From: an uncultured Actinomycetota bacterium
GTDB lineage: Bacteria; Actinomycetota; Acidimicrobiia; Spongiisociales; UBA5794
Assembly (NCBI GenBank): GCA_963715255.1
Contig: CAVQRN010000002.1
Location: 113,446 to 177,445 of the forward strand
Direction: 5' to 3'
DNA: 64,000 bases
This document shows positions 1-9,883 of this stretch, one piece after another. Each line of letters begins with the position of its first letter. Within the stretch, counting starts at the first letter, position 1. The notes below the pieces were generated by a model. The model was not told the DNA's origin. It did not search any database and saw nothing but the letters and a program-made list of their open reading frames with translations. A program made the translations under genes and the position numbers.

Positions 1-53
1 GTCATCAGCACGAGGGCAACGACGATGATTGAGATCTTGCGAGCGGTGTGCAT
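1..53 (-). CDS. N-terminus of a secreted/membrane protein (partial, runs off window)
   Basis: ATG at 51-53 (rc) with GGGAGGA Shine-Dalgarno at 57-63 (rc). The visible 17 codons, MHTARKISIIVVALVLM, look like a signal/TM segment. Too short to name. Confidence 0.35.
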   Translation of the reverse strand, partial: MHTARKISIIVVALVLM

Positions 54-120
54 GGATCCTCCCGAACACGCAGAGCATTTGATTTGGCACTCTGTGTATC
101 GGAAGGACCGTCGGCGTGCT

Positions 121-1569
121 TTACCCCTTCTTCGCCATCTCGCGGGCAAGCTCGACGAGCGTGCGGACGGTGAACCCGGTTCCACCCTTCGAAACGTAGT
201 GCTCCGTCTTTTCGGCACGCCCGGGACCGGCGATGTCGAGGTGAACCCAGGGACGCCCGTCCACGAACTCGGAGAGGAAGAGGGCGGCGATGATTGCCCC
301 ACCCCACCGATCACCGGTGTTCTTCAGATCGGCGACCGTCGAATCGATGAGCGGGCGGTAGGAGCGTTCAAGGGGCATGGTCCACATCGACTCACCGGCG
401 AACTTGGCGGCAGCCTCGACCGCAGCGATGGCTTCGTCATCGTTGCCGAAGATCGCTCCGACCGCGGTCCCGAGAGCGACCTTCGCGGCGCCGGTCAGGG
501 TGGCGATATCGACGATCAGATCCGGTCCGGTCTCTGCCGCGATTCCGAGACCATCGGCGAGCACGAGCCGCCCTTCGGCGTCGGTGTTCAGAACCTCGAC
601 CGTCTTCCCGTTGTACACGGTGAAGACGTCGCCCGGACGCTGAGCAGCCCCACCCGGCATGTTCTCCGACAGAGGAGCAACGCCCAGCACCCGGATCGGG
701 AGCTCGAGTTCGGCGATCGCCTGCATGGCTCCGTAGACGGCTGCCGCACCCGCCATGTCGCTCTTCATGTCCTCCATGGCCGTCGCCGGCTTCAGCGAGA
801 GGCCTCCAGAATCGAACACGATCCCTTTCCCGACGAACGCGACAAACGGCTCGGCGCCGTTCGGTTCATATCTCATGATGACCATCCGCGGGGGATTCGT
901 GGCGCCGGCGCCAACGGCAAGCAGACCTCCATATCCTCGTTCGGCGGACTCGACCTCATCGAGGATCTCGACGGTGATCTTGTCGCTGAGTGATCGGGCG
1001 CGGTCGGCGAGGACAACGGGTGACTTGTCGACGGCTGGCTGGTTGACCAAGTCGCGAGCGAGGGTGACGCCGCGGGCAATCGCCGCTGCATCTTGGATCT
1101 CGGCTCGTGCGCCTTCGTCCGCCTCGAGAAGCTCGAGACGTTCGTTTGCTCGCGGCTTCGGCTCGCTGCGATACACGTCGAATTGATAGGAGCCAAGGAG
1201 ATAGCCGAGCGTGACGGCTCCGATTGCTCCCTCGACGTCGACCAGGTGCAACGTCGTCGCCGCCGAGGGGTAGGGGGCGGACATTCGACCGACGGCGCCA
1301 GCGGCTCGACGAAGCGACTCCGCATCGGCCTCGTCACCGAGACCCACGAACATCACAGCTCCGAACGGGAGATCGCCGCCCGGCACGACGACGAATTGGC
1401 CGACGGCACCGGTGAATTCACGTGCCTCCAGATAGCCGGTCAGCCACGGCCCCAATTGCTCTGCCGCCGGTTCGGCGCCCGGGCCCCAGGTCAGATCGGC
1501 GAACACGGGAACGACCAACAGATTCGCTGTTGAGTCGGATGCCACTCCGCCGGGTACGATCTCGGTCAT
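121..1569 (-). CDS. pepA: Leucyl aminopeptidase, M17 family
   Basis: ORF 121..1677 carries the M17 signature NTDAEGRLVLADGL and a conserved catalytic C-terminal half. Start trimmed to MTEIVPGG (ATG 1567-1569); upstream residues are R/T/S-rich junk. Confidence 0.9.
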   Translation of the reverse strand: MTEIVPGGVASDSTANLLVVPVFADLTWGPGAEPAAEQLGPWLTGYLEAREFTGAVGQFVVVPGGDLPFGAVMFVGLGDEADAESLRRAAGAVGRMSAPYPSAATTLHLVDVEGAIGAVTLGYLLGSYQFDVYRSEPKPRANERLELLEADEGARAEIQDAAAIARGVTLARDLVNQPAVDKSPVVLADRARSLSDKITVEILDEVESAERGYGGLLAVGAGATNPPRMVIMRYEPNGAEPFVAFVGKGIVFDSGGLSLKPATAMEDMKSDMAGAAAVYGAMQAIAELELPIRVLGVAPLSENMPGGAAQRPGDVFTVYNGKTVEVLNTDAEGRLVLADGLGIAAETGPDLIVDIATLTGAAKVALGTAVGAIFGNDDEAIAAVEAAAKFAGESMWTMPLERSYRPLIDSTVADLKNTGDRWGGAIIAALFLSEFVDGRPWVHLDIAGPGRAEKTEHYVSKGGTGFTVRTLVELAREMAKKG

Positions 1570-2107
1570 GTGGGTTCTCCTCGTGTCGGGGTCCACTCGC
1601 TCTCGACCCGCGAGCGAGCATGTACAGGTAGTCGGCGAGACGGTTGAGGTAGGGAACGACAAGCGAGTCGGACTCATAGCCGAGATGGGTGACCGCCCTG
1701 CGTTCGGCCCTCCTCACGATGGTGCGGGCGACGTCGATCGCCGCCGCGGCGGGGTCACCACCGGGCACGATGAATTCCGTCGGCATACCGACATCGGACT
1801 CGATCTTGTCGATCCGTTCCTCGAGCTGCTTGATCATCCTCTCCTCGACACGGCTGATCCCCGGTTCGAGCAGGCCTCGGCGGGCGGGATCGGTGGCGAG
1901 CTCCGCTGCCACCACGAACAGATCCCGTTGCACCTCTAACACGGCGGTCGCAAGTTCCGGTTCGCCCTGGGCCCTGACGATCCCGAGAGCCGAGACGGCT
2001 TCGTCGACGGTTCCATACGCTTCGGGGCCGCTGGAGTCCTTCCCGACTCGTCCGCCATGGAACAATCCCGTGGTTCCGTCATCTCCCCGTCGCGTATAGA
2101 TACGCAT
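1418..2107 (-). CDS. ATP:cob(I)alamin adenosyltransferase, PduO type (C-terminus probably frameshifted; likely true stop at 1566)
   Basis: MRIYTRRGDDGTTGL... and LNRLADYLYMLAR are typical of the PduO-type ATR domain. After YMLAR the frame becomes R-rich and overlaps pepA by about 150 nt. The neighbouring frame reads VESEWTPTRGEPT* and ends in an ATGA overlap with the pepA start. Confidence 0.8.
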   Translation of the reverse strand: MRIYTRRGDDGTTGLFHGGRVGKDSSGPEAYGTVDEAVSALGIVRAQGEPELATAVLEVQRDLFVVAAELATDPARRGLLEPGISRVEERMIKQLEERIDKIESDVGMPTEFIVPGGDPAAAAIDVARTIVRRAERRAVTHLGYESDSLVVPYLNRLADYLYMLARGSRASGPRHEENPHDRDRTRRSGIRLNSESVGRSRVRRSDLGPGRRTGGRAIGAVADRLSGGT

Positions 2108-2109
2108 TC

Positions 2110-4068
2110 TCAGGAGGCGCCGAGCCAGGTAGCGACACGGTCCGACACCGCCTGGGGGGTGAAGCCCCACTCCTCGGCGATAACCGACGCCGGCGCGGAG
2201 ATTCCGAATCGGTCGATCCCGATTCGGAGCCCGGTCAGTCCGGAGAACCGTTCCCATCCGAAGGTCGCCCCCGCCTCGACCGTCGCGATCGGGAGATCGC
2301 TGCCCAGGACCCCCGCCCGGTACTCCGCGTCCTGGGCGAGAAAGACCTCAACACAAGGCATCGAGACGACCCGGATCGAGTGCCCGCGATCATCGAGGAG
2401 TTCGGCCGCCTGCTCCGCGAGGGGAACCTCCGAACCGGTGGCGATCAACACCGCGTCGCTTCCTTGCCTACGGATGTAGCCACCCCGGGCGACCAACTCT
2501 CGGTCGATGGGCCCCCGAGGAACGGGGAGACCCTGACGAGTGAGCACGATGGCCGTCGGCCCCGAGGCATGTCCGAGCGCCATCTCCCACGCGACGGCGA
2601 CCTCGGTGGGGTCGGCAGGACGGATCACCCGAAGGCCGGGGATCGATCGGAGCGCAGCGAGATGCTCGATCGGCTGATGCGTCGGACCGTCTTCGCCGAG
2701 GAACACCGAATCGTGCGTCCAAATCCATATCGAGGGGGTCCCCATGAGGGCGCCGAGACGCACGGCAGGGCGCATGTAGTCGGAGAAGGTCAGGAAGGTT
2801 GCTCCGTAACCGCGAAGTCCTCCGTGCAGGGTGATCCCGTTCACGATCGACCCCATGGCGTGCTCACGAATTCCGAATCGCACGTTCCTGCCGTTCCGAT
2901 CGGATGCCGTGAAGTCAGCGGACGCCTCGATCCGGCTGTTGTTCGAAGGGGTGAGATCGCCCGAGCCGCCCATGAGCCCAGGTAGCGATCCTGCCGCTTC
3001 CTGAAGCACCTCGCCGGACAGTGTCCTTGTCGCAATCGACGAACCCACCTCATGAAGCGGGACACCGAGATGCGGTTCCCGTGCGTCGAAGTACGAAGAC
3101 AATGTCTTTGCCATGACCGGATCGGTAGCAACTGCGGTGTCGCGGCGTTCCATCCAAGCCGCTCGGGATTGGCGACCCCGCTCCATGGCGTCGTGGTAGA
3201 AGTCGTATACGTCAGGCGGTATCTCGAACGGCGGCAGTTCCCAGCCGTACGCGACTCGGGTCAATGCTATTTCGTCAACTCCAAGCGGTGATCCGTGAGC
3301 GGCGGACGTGTCCTGCTTGCTCGGTGACCCGAATCCGATGTGGGTGCGGCAGCGCACGAGCGATGGCCGAGCATCTTCATTCGCCGCGGCGATGGCGTCT
3401 GCGATCGCTTCCCGATCGTGTCCGTCAACGGCAATCGTGTGCCATCCGTACGAGTCGAATCACGCGGCCACGTCCTCGGTGAACGCCAGGTCGGTCGGAC
3501 CTTCGATCGTTATGCGGTTGTCGTCGTAGAGGTAGGTGATCTTTCCGAGACCGAGATGCCCGGCGAGCGAAGCAGCCTCGGACGCGACACCCTCCATGAG
3601 GTCGCCGTCAGAGACGAAACCGTAGATCCGGTGGTCGACCAACTCTGGGCCGAGAACCGACCGGAGGTGCGCCTCTCCGATCGCCATCCCGATGCCAGTG
3701 GCGAAACCCTGCCCGAGCGGTCCGGTGGTCATGTCGATGCCAAGCTCGGGATTGTGCTCGGGATGACCTGCCGTCAACGACCCCAATTGGCGGAATGCCA
3801 TCAGATCGTCCATGGTGAGCGGGAAGCCGGAGAGGTGGAGGAGCGCGTACAGGAGCATTGAACCGTGGCCATTCGACAACACAAATCGGTCTCGGTCGCT
3901 CCACGTGGGATCGTCCGGATCGACGATGAGGAAGCGGGACCACAGGACGGCGGCGATATCGGCCATCCCCATCGGCATCCCCGGGTGCCCTGAGTTCGCT
4001 CGTTGAACCGCGTCGATTGACAGGACGCGCAAAGCGTCGGTGGCTCGTTGCTCGACCATGTTCTTCAT
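2110..4068 (-). pseudogene. tkt: Transketolase interrupted by one in-frame TGA (3460-3462)
   Basis: ORFs 3460..4068 ([12 protein letters not shown]-binding N-terminus) and 2110..3357 (pyrimidine-binding and C-terminal domains) are in the same frame. The segment between them reads straight through as ...EDVAA*FDSYGWHTIAVDGHDREAI...RCRTHIGFGSP. Confidence 0.85.
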
Positions 4069-4112
4069 CGGACCTCCTTTGTGATTGCAGCGTACCGTTC
4101 GGCCGTTGGGGC

Positions 4113-5186
4113 CTACTCGACGAACCGCAGTTTTCGCGACGATCGGTTGAGCCGTTCGACACCGCCGTCGACGACGACGACAATATCCTCGATCCTCATT
4201 CCCCAGTGGTCGGGAACGTAGACTCCCGGCTCGATCGAGAATGCCATTCCTGCCCGGATCGGCTCGAGATTCCCTTGGACGATGTATGGCTGTTCGTGGG
4301 CGTCGAGGCCGATTCCGTGCCCGGTCCGGTGGATGAAGAACTCTCCGTAGCCGGCGTCGGCGATAACCGACCGGGCGGCGGCGTCGATCTCCTCCGCCGT
4401 CGTTCCCGGACGTACAGACTCAACGGCTGCGCGTTGTGCACGTCCAAGAACCGCGTATGCCTCTTCGAAACCCCCGGGTGGTTCCCCGACGCAGTACATG
4501 CGCGTAGTATCGGAGCCATATCCCCGCATGCGACCGCCGAAGTCGACGACGACGGCATCCCCCGACCGGATGAGCCGGTCGGATGCCTCGTGATGAGGCG
4601 AAGCGCCGTTCCTTCCTGCGGCAACGATCGCGAACGAAACCGACTCATGACCGGAGGCGAGAACGAGGTCGGACACGATCCGCGACATGTCGCGTTCGGT
4701 GCGACCGGTGAAGCGCACCGTCGAGAGATGATCAGCAACACCGTCGACCGCGTGGGCCGCATCTCGGAGGGCTGCGATCTCGCCGATGTCCTTGATCATC
4801 CGCAACGGCGCCATGAGCGGCTCCGCGTCGACAAAACGCACCCCCGGCAAACGATCCTGGAAAGCAATGAGGAACGCCGCCCACATCTGATCCCCCACCG
4901 CGATCGTTCCACGGTCGGGCAATGCGGCAGCGATTCGGTCGAACGGGTCGTCGGTCTCGCCCCACGGCCGGACGTCGACGAAGGTATCAACCCTCGGAGC
5001 CTCGAGTTCAGGTACGAAGAGGGCCGAATCGCCGGCGGCGGGGACCACAAGGGCGGTGATCCGTTCGAGTGGCATCGCACGGTAGCCCGTCAGGTATGGG
5101 AGATCGGAGCCCACTGAGACGAGGAGTGCGTCGATCCCGCGCTCCCGCAGAGCGGCCTGAACGGCGCCGAGGCGCTCTCCCGTCAT
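4113..5186 (-). CDS. Xaa-Pro aminopeptidase / M24B family peptidase
   Basis: Creatinase/prolidase-type N-terminal domain plus M24 core with [17 protein letters not shown]. The ATG overlaps the upstream stop (ATGA at 5183-5186). Confidence 0.85.
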   Translation of the reverse strand: MTGERLGAVQAALRERGIDALLVSVGSDLPYLTGYRAMPLERITALVVPAAGDSALFVPELEAPRVDTFVDVRPWGETDDPFDRIAAALPDRGTIAVGDQMWAAFLIAFQDRLPGVRFVDAEPLMAPLRMIKDIGEIAALRDAAHAVDGVADHLSTVRFTGRTERDMSRIVSDLVLASGHESVSFAIVAAGRNGASPHHEASDRLIRSGDAVVVDFGGRMRGYGSDTTRMYCVGEPPGGFEEAYAVLGRAQRAAVESVRPGTTAEEIDAAARSVIADAGYGEFFIHRTGHGIGLDAHEQPYIVQGNLEPIRAGMAFSIEPGVYVPDHWGMRIEDIVVVVDGGVERLNRSSRKLRFVE

Positions 5187-6835
5187 CGGGCAGCCTCGAG
5201 CGCCTCACGAGCGTGATAGGACGACCGGACGAGTGGTCCGGCCTCGACGTGCGAGAGTCCGAGGCGCTCGCCCTCGGCGGTGTAGCGAGCGAACTCGTCG
5301 GGTTCGACGTAGCGGTCGATCGGACGGTGCCTCGCGGTGGGCCGCAGGTACTGGCCGATAGTGACGATGTCGACGCCGACTGCCCGCAGATCGGCCAGAG
5401 CTCCGTGGACCTCCTCCTCGGTCTCTCCCATGCCGACGATCAGCCCCGACTTCACGACACCGGACGGGTTCATCGACTTCGCCCGCGCCAGGAGGGTGAG
5501 CGATCGCGCGTAGTTCGCTGCGGTCCTGATGTCCCGCTGGAGGCGGAGAACGGTCTCGGTGTTGTGATTCAGCACGGCCGGCTTGGACATCATCACCGTT
5601 TCGAGGTCATCGATGAATCCTTTGAAATCCGGAATCAGTACCTCAACCTCGCAGTCGGGCATCCGCTCCCGAATGGCGGTGATGGTGTCGGCGAACACGC
5701 CGGAGCCACCGTCTGGGAGATCGTCGCGGTTCACCGAGGTCAACACGGCGTGTCGCAACCCCATCTGCTCGACGGCGACGGCGGCACGATCCGGTTCGTC
5801 GAGATCGACAGGACCGGGTTTGCCTGTGTTGACATCGCAGAACGCACAGGCTCTCGTGCACGTCTCACCAAGGAGCATCAGGGTCGAGGTCCCCGATTCC
5901 CAGCATTCGAAGATGTTGGGACACCCGGCCTCTTCACATACGGTGTGAAGATCCATCCCCCGCATCAACTTCTTGAGGTCCCGAAAACCGTCGGTGGAGA
6001 GATCGGCGCGGATCCGCATCCACTCCGGTTTCTCGGGCTCACCGGGGAGGAGACCTCGGACGGTGATCGGAGTCTCTCCATTGCGATTCGGCGAGAACAC
6101 ACCCGCCGCGACCATCGCGTCGACGTCGTATGGACGGGACCGATCACGATTCGGGAAAGCGCCGAGTTGCACCTCGGGGATTCCTCCGAACACTTCGCTT
6201 GCCCGCGGGATCAAGGCTTCTACGACGGATTCCATTCCCACGGTCTGACCGGTGATCTCGGAGAGCGAGGTCACGGGACGATTCGGGATCCCGCACGGGA
6301 CGATGTGTTCGAAATACCCGAGGTCGGGTGTGACATTGATCGAGAACCCGTGCATCGAGACCCCGCCTGATACTTTCACGCCGATCGCCGCGACCTTCCC
6401 TTGGGCGGTCCAGACACCGGTGAATCCATCCTCCGCCCACGCCGTGATTCCCAGGTCGGCGAGTGTCGAGATCAGCATCGTCTCGATGCGGCGGAGGTGT
6501 CCGACGGCGTCCCATCCGTCGGGCAGTGTCGGCACAGCGACGATCGGATAGCCCACGAGTTGGCCGGGTCCGTGATATGTGATGTCCCCGCCGCGATCGG
6601 TGTACACGAGTTCGGACCCGATGGACTCGAGTTCTCCTGCCGCGATCTTCAGATTCGAGCCGTCGCCGTTGCGACCCACCGTGTAGGTGTGCGGATGTTC
6701 GAGGAGGAGGAGGTAGTCATCGCTGGTGCGTCCGGTCGATCGTCCGTCCCAAATCGCCCGCTGGAGGTCGAGCGCCTCGCCATACGGGACACGACCGAGC
6801 CACCGGATCCGGAACCGCGCCCCGCTGCCGGTCAT
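5183..6835 (-). CDS. Fused octanoyltransferase (LipB) - lipoyl synthase (LipA) single ORF
   Basis: The N-terminal about 240 aa are LipB-like (LLLLEHPHTYTVGR, DRGGDITYHGPGQLVGYPI). The C-terminal about 310 aa are LipA (LHTVCEEAGCPNIFECW, CTRACAFCDV radical-SAM cluster). No stop separates them. Start at MTGSGARF overlaps the E2 stop (ATGA). Confidence 0.85.
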   Translation of the reverse strand: MTGSGARFRIRWLGRVPYGEALDLQRAIWDGRSTGRTSDDYLLLLEHPHTYTVGRNGDGSNLKIAAGELESIGSELVYTDRGGDITYHGPGQLVGYPIVAVPTLPDGWDAVGHLRRIETMLISTLADLGITAWAEDGFTGVWTAQGKVAAIGVKVSGGVSMHGFSINVTPDLGYFEHIVPCGIPNRPVTSLSEITGQTVGMESVVEALIPRASEVFGGIPEVQLGAFPNRDRSRPYDVDAMVAAGVFSPNRNGETPITVRGLLPGEPEKPEWMRIRADLSTDGFRDLKKLMRGMDLHTVCEEAGCPNIFECWESGTSTLMLLGETCTRACAFCDVNTGKPGPVDLDEPDRAAVAVEQMGLRHAVLTSVNRDDLPDGGSGVFADTITAIRERMPDCEVEVLIPDFKGFIDDLETVMMSKPAVLNHNTETVLRLQRDIRTAANYARSLTLLARAKSMNPSGVVKSGLIVGMGETEEEVHGALADLRAVGVDIVTIGQYLRPTARHRPIDRYVEPDEFARYTAEGERLGLSHVEAGPLVRSSYHAREALEAAR

Positions 6836-8289
6836 CGAAGCTCCTGGTCCCAATCCCATGTCTCGAGGTTCGTCTGAATCCGATTGAGGAATTTCGTGGC
6901 GATCGACCCATCGAACGCTCGGTGGTCCCACGTGAGTCCCAGATAGCCGATGTGGCGAACCACGATCGTGTCGGTGCCATCGGGCAACGTCACCACCGTC
7001 GGACGCTTCTTGACCGTCTCGGTCGACAGGATCGCGACATTCGGCAGGTTGATGATCGGGGCGCTCAGGTACGAGCCGAATGGTCCGGGATTGGTGATCG
7101 TGAACGTGCTGCCCGCGATGTCATCCGGTTCGAGGGCGCCGTCGCGTGTCTTCTCCGCCATCTGCCGGATGCCGCGCGCCAGGCCCTTCAACGTGAGCCC
7201 ATCGGCACCCCGAACGGTCGCGACGAGGAGCCCCTTCGTATCGAGATCGACCGCGATACCGAGGTTCACACGGTGGTGGAACGTAACCGTACCGGCATCG
7301 AGATCCAGCGAACTATTCACCACCGGGAACGCCGAGAGGGCGTCCATCGTGGCTCGAGCGATGAACGGAAGATAGGTCAGCGAGAATCCCTCATCGGCTT
7401 TGAACCGGTCGCGGTGCGCGGCGCGAACATGCTCCACTTGTTCGTAGTCGACCTCGATCGACGTCCAGACGTGGGCCGCCGTGCGTTTGGCGTGGATCAT
7501 GTGGTCCGCGATCGCTCGGCGGAGGCGAGGAATCTCGGAGACCTCGTCGCCACCGGGGGTGGTGATCGTCACCTTCGTCGCAGCGGCGGGTGCGGGGTCC
7601 CTCGTCACGGCAGTCGCAGCCGAGCCCATCGCTGCTGCCGGAAGAACCGGTTCTCCAATCAGGTCTGGAGTCGCTGCCGGGACCGGGGCTGCCGGGGCTG
7701 CCGGGACTGGGGCTACCGGGGCTACCGGGGCTGCCGGGACTTCCGGCACTAGATCCGGCGCAGTGGGGGGCGCCGGTACTGCTTCGATGTAGCGCTCCAC
7801 GTCCTTCCTAGTGATGCGTCCTCCATCGCCGCTGCCGGGGACGAGATCGAGATCGACATCGTGCTCTGCGGCGAGGTGACGCACCACAGGCGAAAGGATG
7901 GCTCGCCGCGACGAATCGCCGGAGGCAACCGGTGCAGGAGTTGGGGCCGTTGGCGACGCAGCGGGCGGCGCCTCACTCGACATTCCCGTTGGACCCATCG
8001 CCGGCGTACCGGTTGGACCCATCGCCGACTCTTGCGGCGCGACCGTTTCGACCGCTTCGCTGATGATCGCAATCGCGGTACCCACCGAGACGGTCTCACC
8101 GACTTGTACGAGAATCTCGCTAATGACGCCGGACGCCGGAGAGGGCATCTCGGTGTCGACCTTGTCGGTCGAGATCTCAACGAGCACCTCATCCTCGGCG
8201 ATCGACTCGCCTGCTTGCTTGGCCCAGCTCAGGATCGTGCCCTCTGTCACGGTCTCGCCGAGTTGTGGCATCGTCACGGTCACGGACAT
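6832..8289 (-). CDS. Dihydrolipoamide acyltransferase (E2 of a 2-oxoacid dehydrogenase complex, DlaT/SucB-like)
   Basis: Lipoyl domain (EISTDKVDTEMPSP), Ala/Pro linkers, E3-binding domain (SPVVRHLAAEHDVDL) and catalytic domain with DHRAFDG. Confidence 0.9.
   Translation of the reverse strand: MSVTVTMPQLGETVTEGTILSWAKQAGESIAEDEVLVEISTDKVDTEMPSPASGVISEILVQVGETVSVGTAIAIISEAVETVAPQESAMGPTGTPAMGPTGMSSEAPPAASPTAPTPAPVASGDSSRRAILSPVVRHLAAEHDVDLDLVPGSGDGGRITRKDVERYIEAVPAPPTAPDLVPEVPAAPVAPVAPVPAAPAAPVPAATPDLIGEPVLPAAAMGSAATAVTRDPAPAAATKVTITTPGGDEVSEIPRLRRAIADHMIHAKRTAAHVWTSIEVDYEQVEHVRAAHRDRFKADEGFSLTYLPFIARATMDALSAFPVVNSSLDLDAGTVTFHHRVNLGIAVDLDTKGLLVATVRGADGLTLKGLARGIRQMAEKTRDGALEPDDIAGSTFTITNPGPFGSYLSAPIINLPNVAILSTETVKKRPTVVTLPDGTDTIVVRHIGYLGLTWDHRAFDGSIATKFLNRIQTNLETWDWDQELR
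7673..7740. repeat. Imperfect 9-nt tandem repeat (GGGGCTRCC) inside the E2 Ala/Pro linker coding region
   Basis: Seen directly: ggggctgcc ggggctgcc gggact ggggctacc ggggctacc ggggctgcc. Encodes the APVAPVAPVPAAPAAPV linker on the minus strand. Confidence 0.6.
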
Positions 8290-8329
8290 TCGTTGGTACT
8301 CCTTCGCGTCCGGCTTCCAGTCTTCATCG

Positions 8330-9700
8330 TCAATGCAGCGGCCGACCGGCAGCGATCAGCAATGTCTCGCCGATACCTTCGGAGATCGTCGGGTGGCCAT
8401 GGATGAACGCTGCCGCCTCCGAGGGGAGAGCCTCCCACCCGACTGAATACATGAGCTCGTGGATGATCTCACCTGCGATCGGATCGACCACGGTCGCGCC
8501 GAGAATCGGCCCATCCTTCTGGGCAACGATCTTGATGGTTCCACCGGTCTCGCCATGGATGATCACGCGTCCGACTCCCCGCATTCCGTGATTTGTCACC
8601 TCGACATCGAAACCTTGTTCGATTGCCAGGGCTTCCGTGAGCCCGACCGTCGCCGCCTCCGGGTGCGTGTAGACGATCATCGGGACCACGCGATAGTTGA
8701 CCGGGGCCGTCTCCCCGGTTGCGATGTGCGTGACCGCCGCGATGGCCTCTGCGAACCCGACGTGGGCCAATTGCGGAGTCCCGGCGACGACGTCACCCAC
8801 GGCATAGATACGCGGAATCGCAGTCTGCATCGTCTCGAGATCGACGGGAATGAACCCTCGGTCGGTGTCGATGCCAACCGTCTCGAGTCCGATCCCTTGT
8901 GTCACCGGTGCGCGACCGACCGCAACAAGTACCACGTCGACCTCGACGGATTCATCGCCGACCGGAACCGTTACGCCCGTCGCAGAGAATCGTGGCGCAC
9001 CGACCTGGGTGCCGGTCTTGACGTTGATGCGCTTCTTTCGGAACGACCGTCCAACGGCTTTGGCTGCTTCGGGTTCCATGCCGGGGAGGATCTGGTCGAG
9101 CGCCTCGAAGAGGTGAACCTCGCTCCCAACGTCTGCCAGCATCGACGCGAACTCCGCACCGATCGCTCCTGCGCCGATCACCGCAACGCGATCGGGTTGG
9201 TGATCCCAGTCGAGGGCGTGATCGCTCGTGACGATCCGTTCTCCGTCAATCTCATAGCCGGGAATGGTGCGCGGCACGGATCCTGTGGCGATAACGGTCG
9301 CTGCCCCAGGAACCATGGTCGTCACCCCATCGGGCGCCGTCACCTCGACGCCGCCGGCGACGATCCGGCCGAAACCGTTGTGAATCTCGACGCCTCGTGT
9401 CTTCAGCAAACCGGACAGACCACCAACGAGGCCGTCCACGATCCGATTCTTCCGTGCCAGCGCAGCCGGCCAATCGAGAATCGGCTCGGACGAACCGACG
9501 GCGAACTCGGATGAGCGGGCGACGGTCTGGTACACCGATGCCGTTTGGAGCCACGTCTTGGCCGGTATGCACCCCCGTACCAGGCAGGTGCCCCCGAGAC
9601 GATCCTTCTCGACAAGCGCCACCGAAAGGCCAAAGTTGTGGGCGTAGAGAGCCGCGGCGTACCCGCCGGGACCTCCGCCGATGATGACGACGTCGTGCAC
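8330..9700 (-). CDS. lpdA: Dihydrolipoyl dehydrogenase (E3)
   Basis: GGGPGGYAAA FAD motif, redox-active GGTCLVRGCIPAK, NAD-binding and dimerisation regions. GTG start preceded by GGAGGAAG. Confidence 0.9.
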   Translation of the reverse strand: MHDVVIIGGGPGGYAAALYAHNFGLSVALVEKDRLGGTCLVRGCIPAKTWLQTASVYQTVARSSEFAVGSSEPILDWPAALARKNRIVDGLVGGLSGLLKTRGVEIHNGFGRIVAGGVEVTAPDGVTTMVPGAATVIATGSVPRTIPGYEIDGERIVTSDHALDWDHQPDRVAVIGAGAIGAEFASMLADVGSEVHLFEALDQILPGMEPEAAKAVGRSFRKKRINVKTGTQVGAPRFSATGVTVPVGDESVEVDVVLVAVGRAPVTQGIGLETVGIDTDRGFIPVDLETMQTAIPRIYAVGDVVAGTPQLAHVGFAEAIAAVTHIATGETAPVNYRVVPMIVYTHPEAATVGLTEALAIEQGFDVEVTNHGMRGVGRVIIHGETGGTIKIVAQKDGPILGATVVDPIAGEIIHELMYSVGWEALPSEAAAFIHGHPTISEGIGETLLIAAGRPLH

Positions 9701-9883
9701 CGCTTCCTCCGAACGTGAGGACCGCCAGACTAGCGGAGCCGAGGTTGCTGTTCAGGTGTCGGTACGATCGAACCACCGTGCAGACCCGCTATCTCATCCT
9801 CGCCTCTCTCATCGCCGGTCTGGTGATCCTGGCCGCCGCGGCGGTCTGGCTCTCCGGTTTGTGAGCGCGCAGTCCGCGACCGA

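Noticed and set aside
25-993. 322-aa + strand ORF at the window start (and many similar long ORFs such as 4017..5117, 5069..6370, 8459..9514, 24193..25353, 39214..41340, 60769..61998)
   Set aside because: They are antisense shadows of clearly conserved genes in GC-rich DNA. Their translations are R/G/P/D-rich with no recognisable motifs.
3460-3462. Selenocysteine or other TGA recoding in transketolase
   Set aside because: The position aligns with a conserved Arg, not Cys. I saw no obvious SECIS-like hairpin immediately downstream, and TGA is used as an ordinary stop throughout the window. A CGA-to-TGA substitution is the simpler reading.
7985-8030. Direct DNA repeat encoding MGPTGTPAMGPTGMS in the E2 gene
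   Set aside because: It is an in-frame duplication within a low-complexity inter-domain linker, which is typical for E2 proteins.
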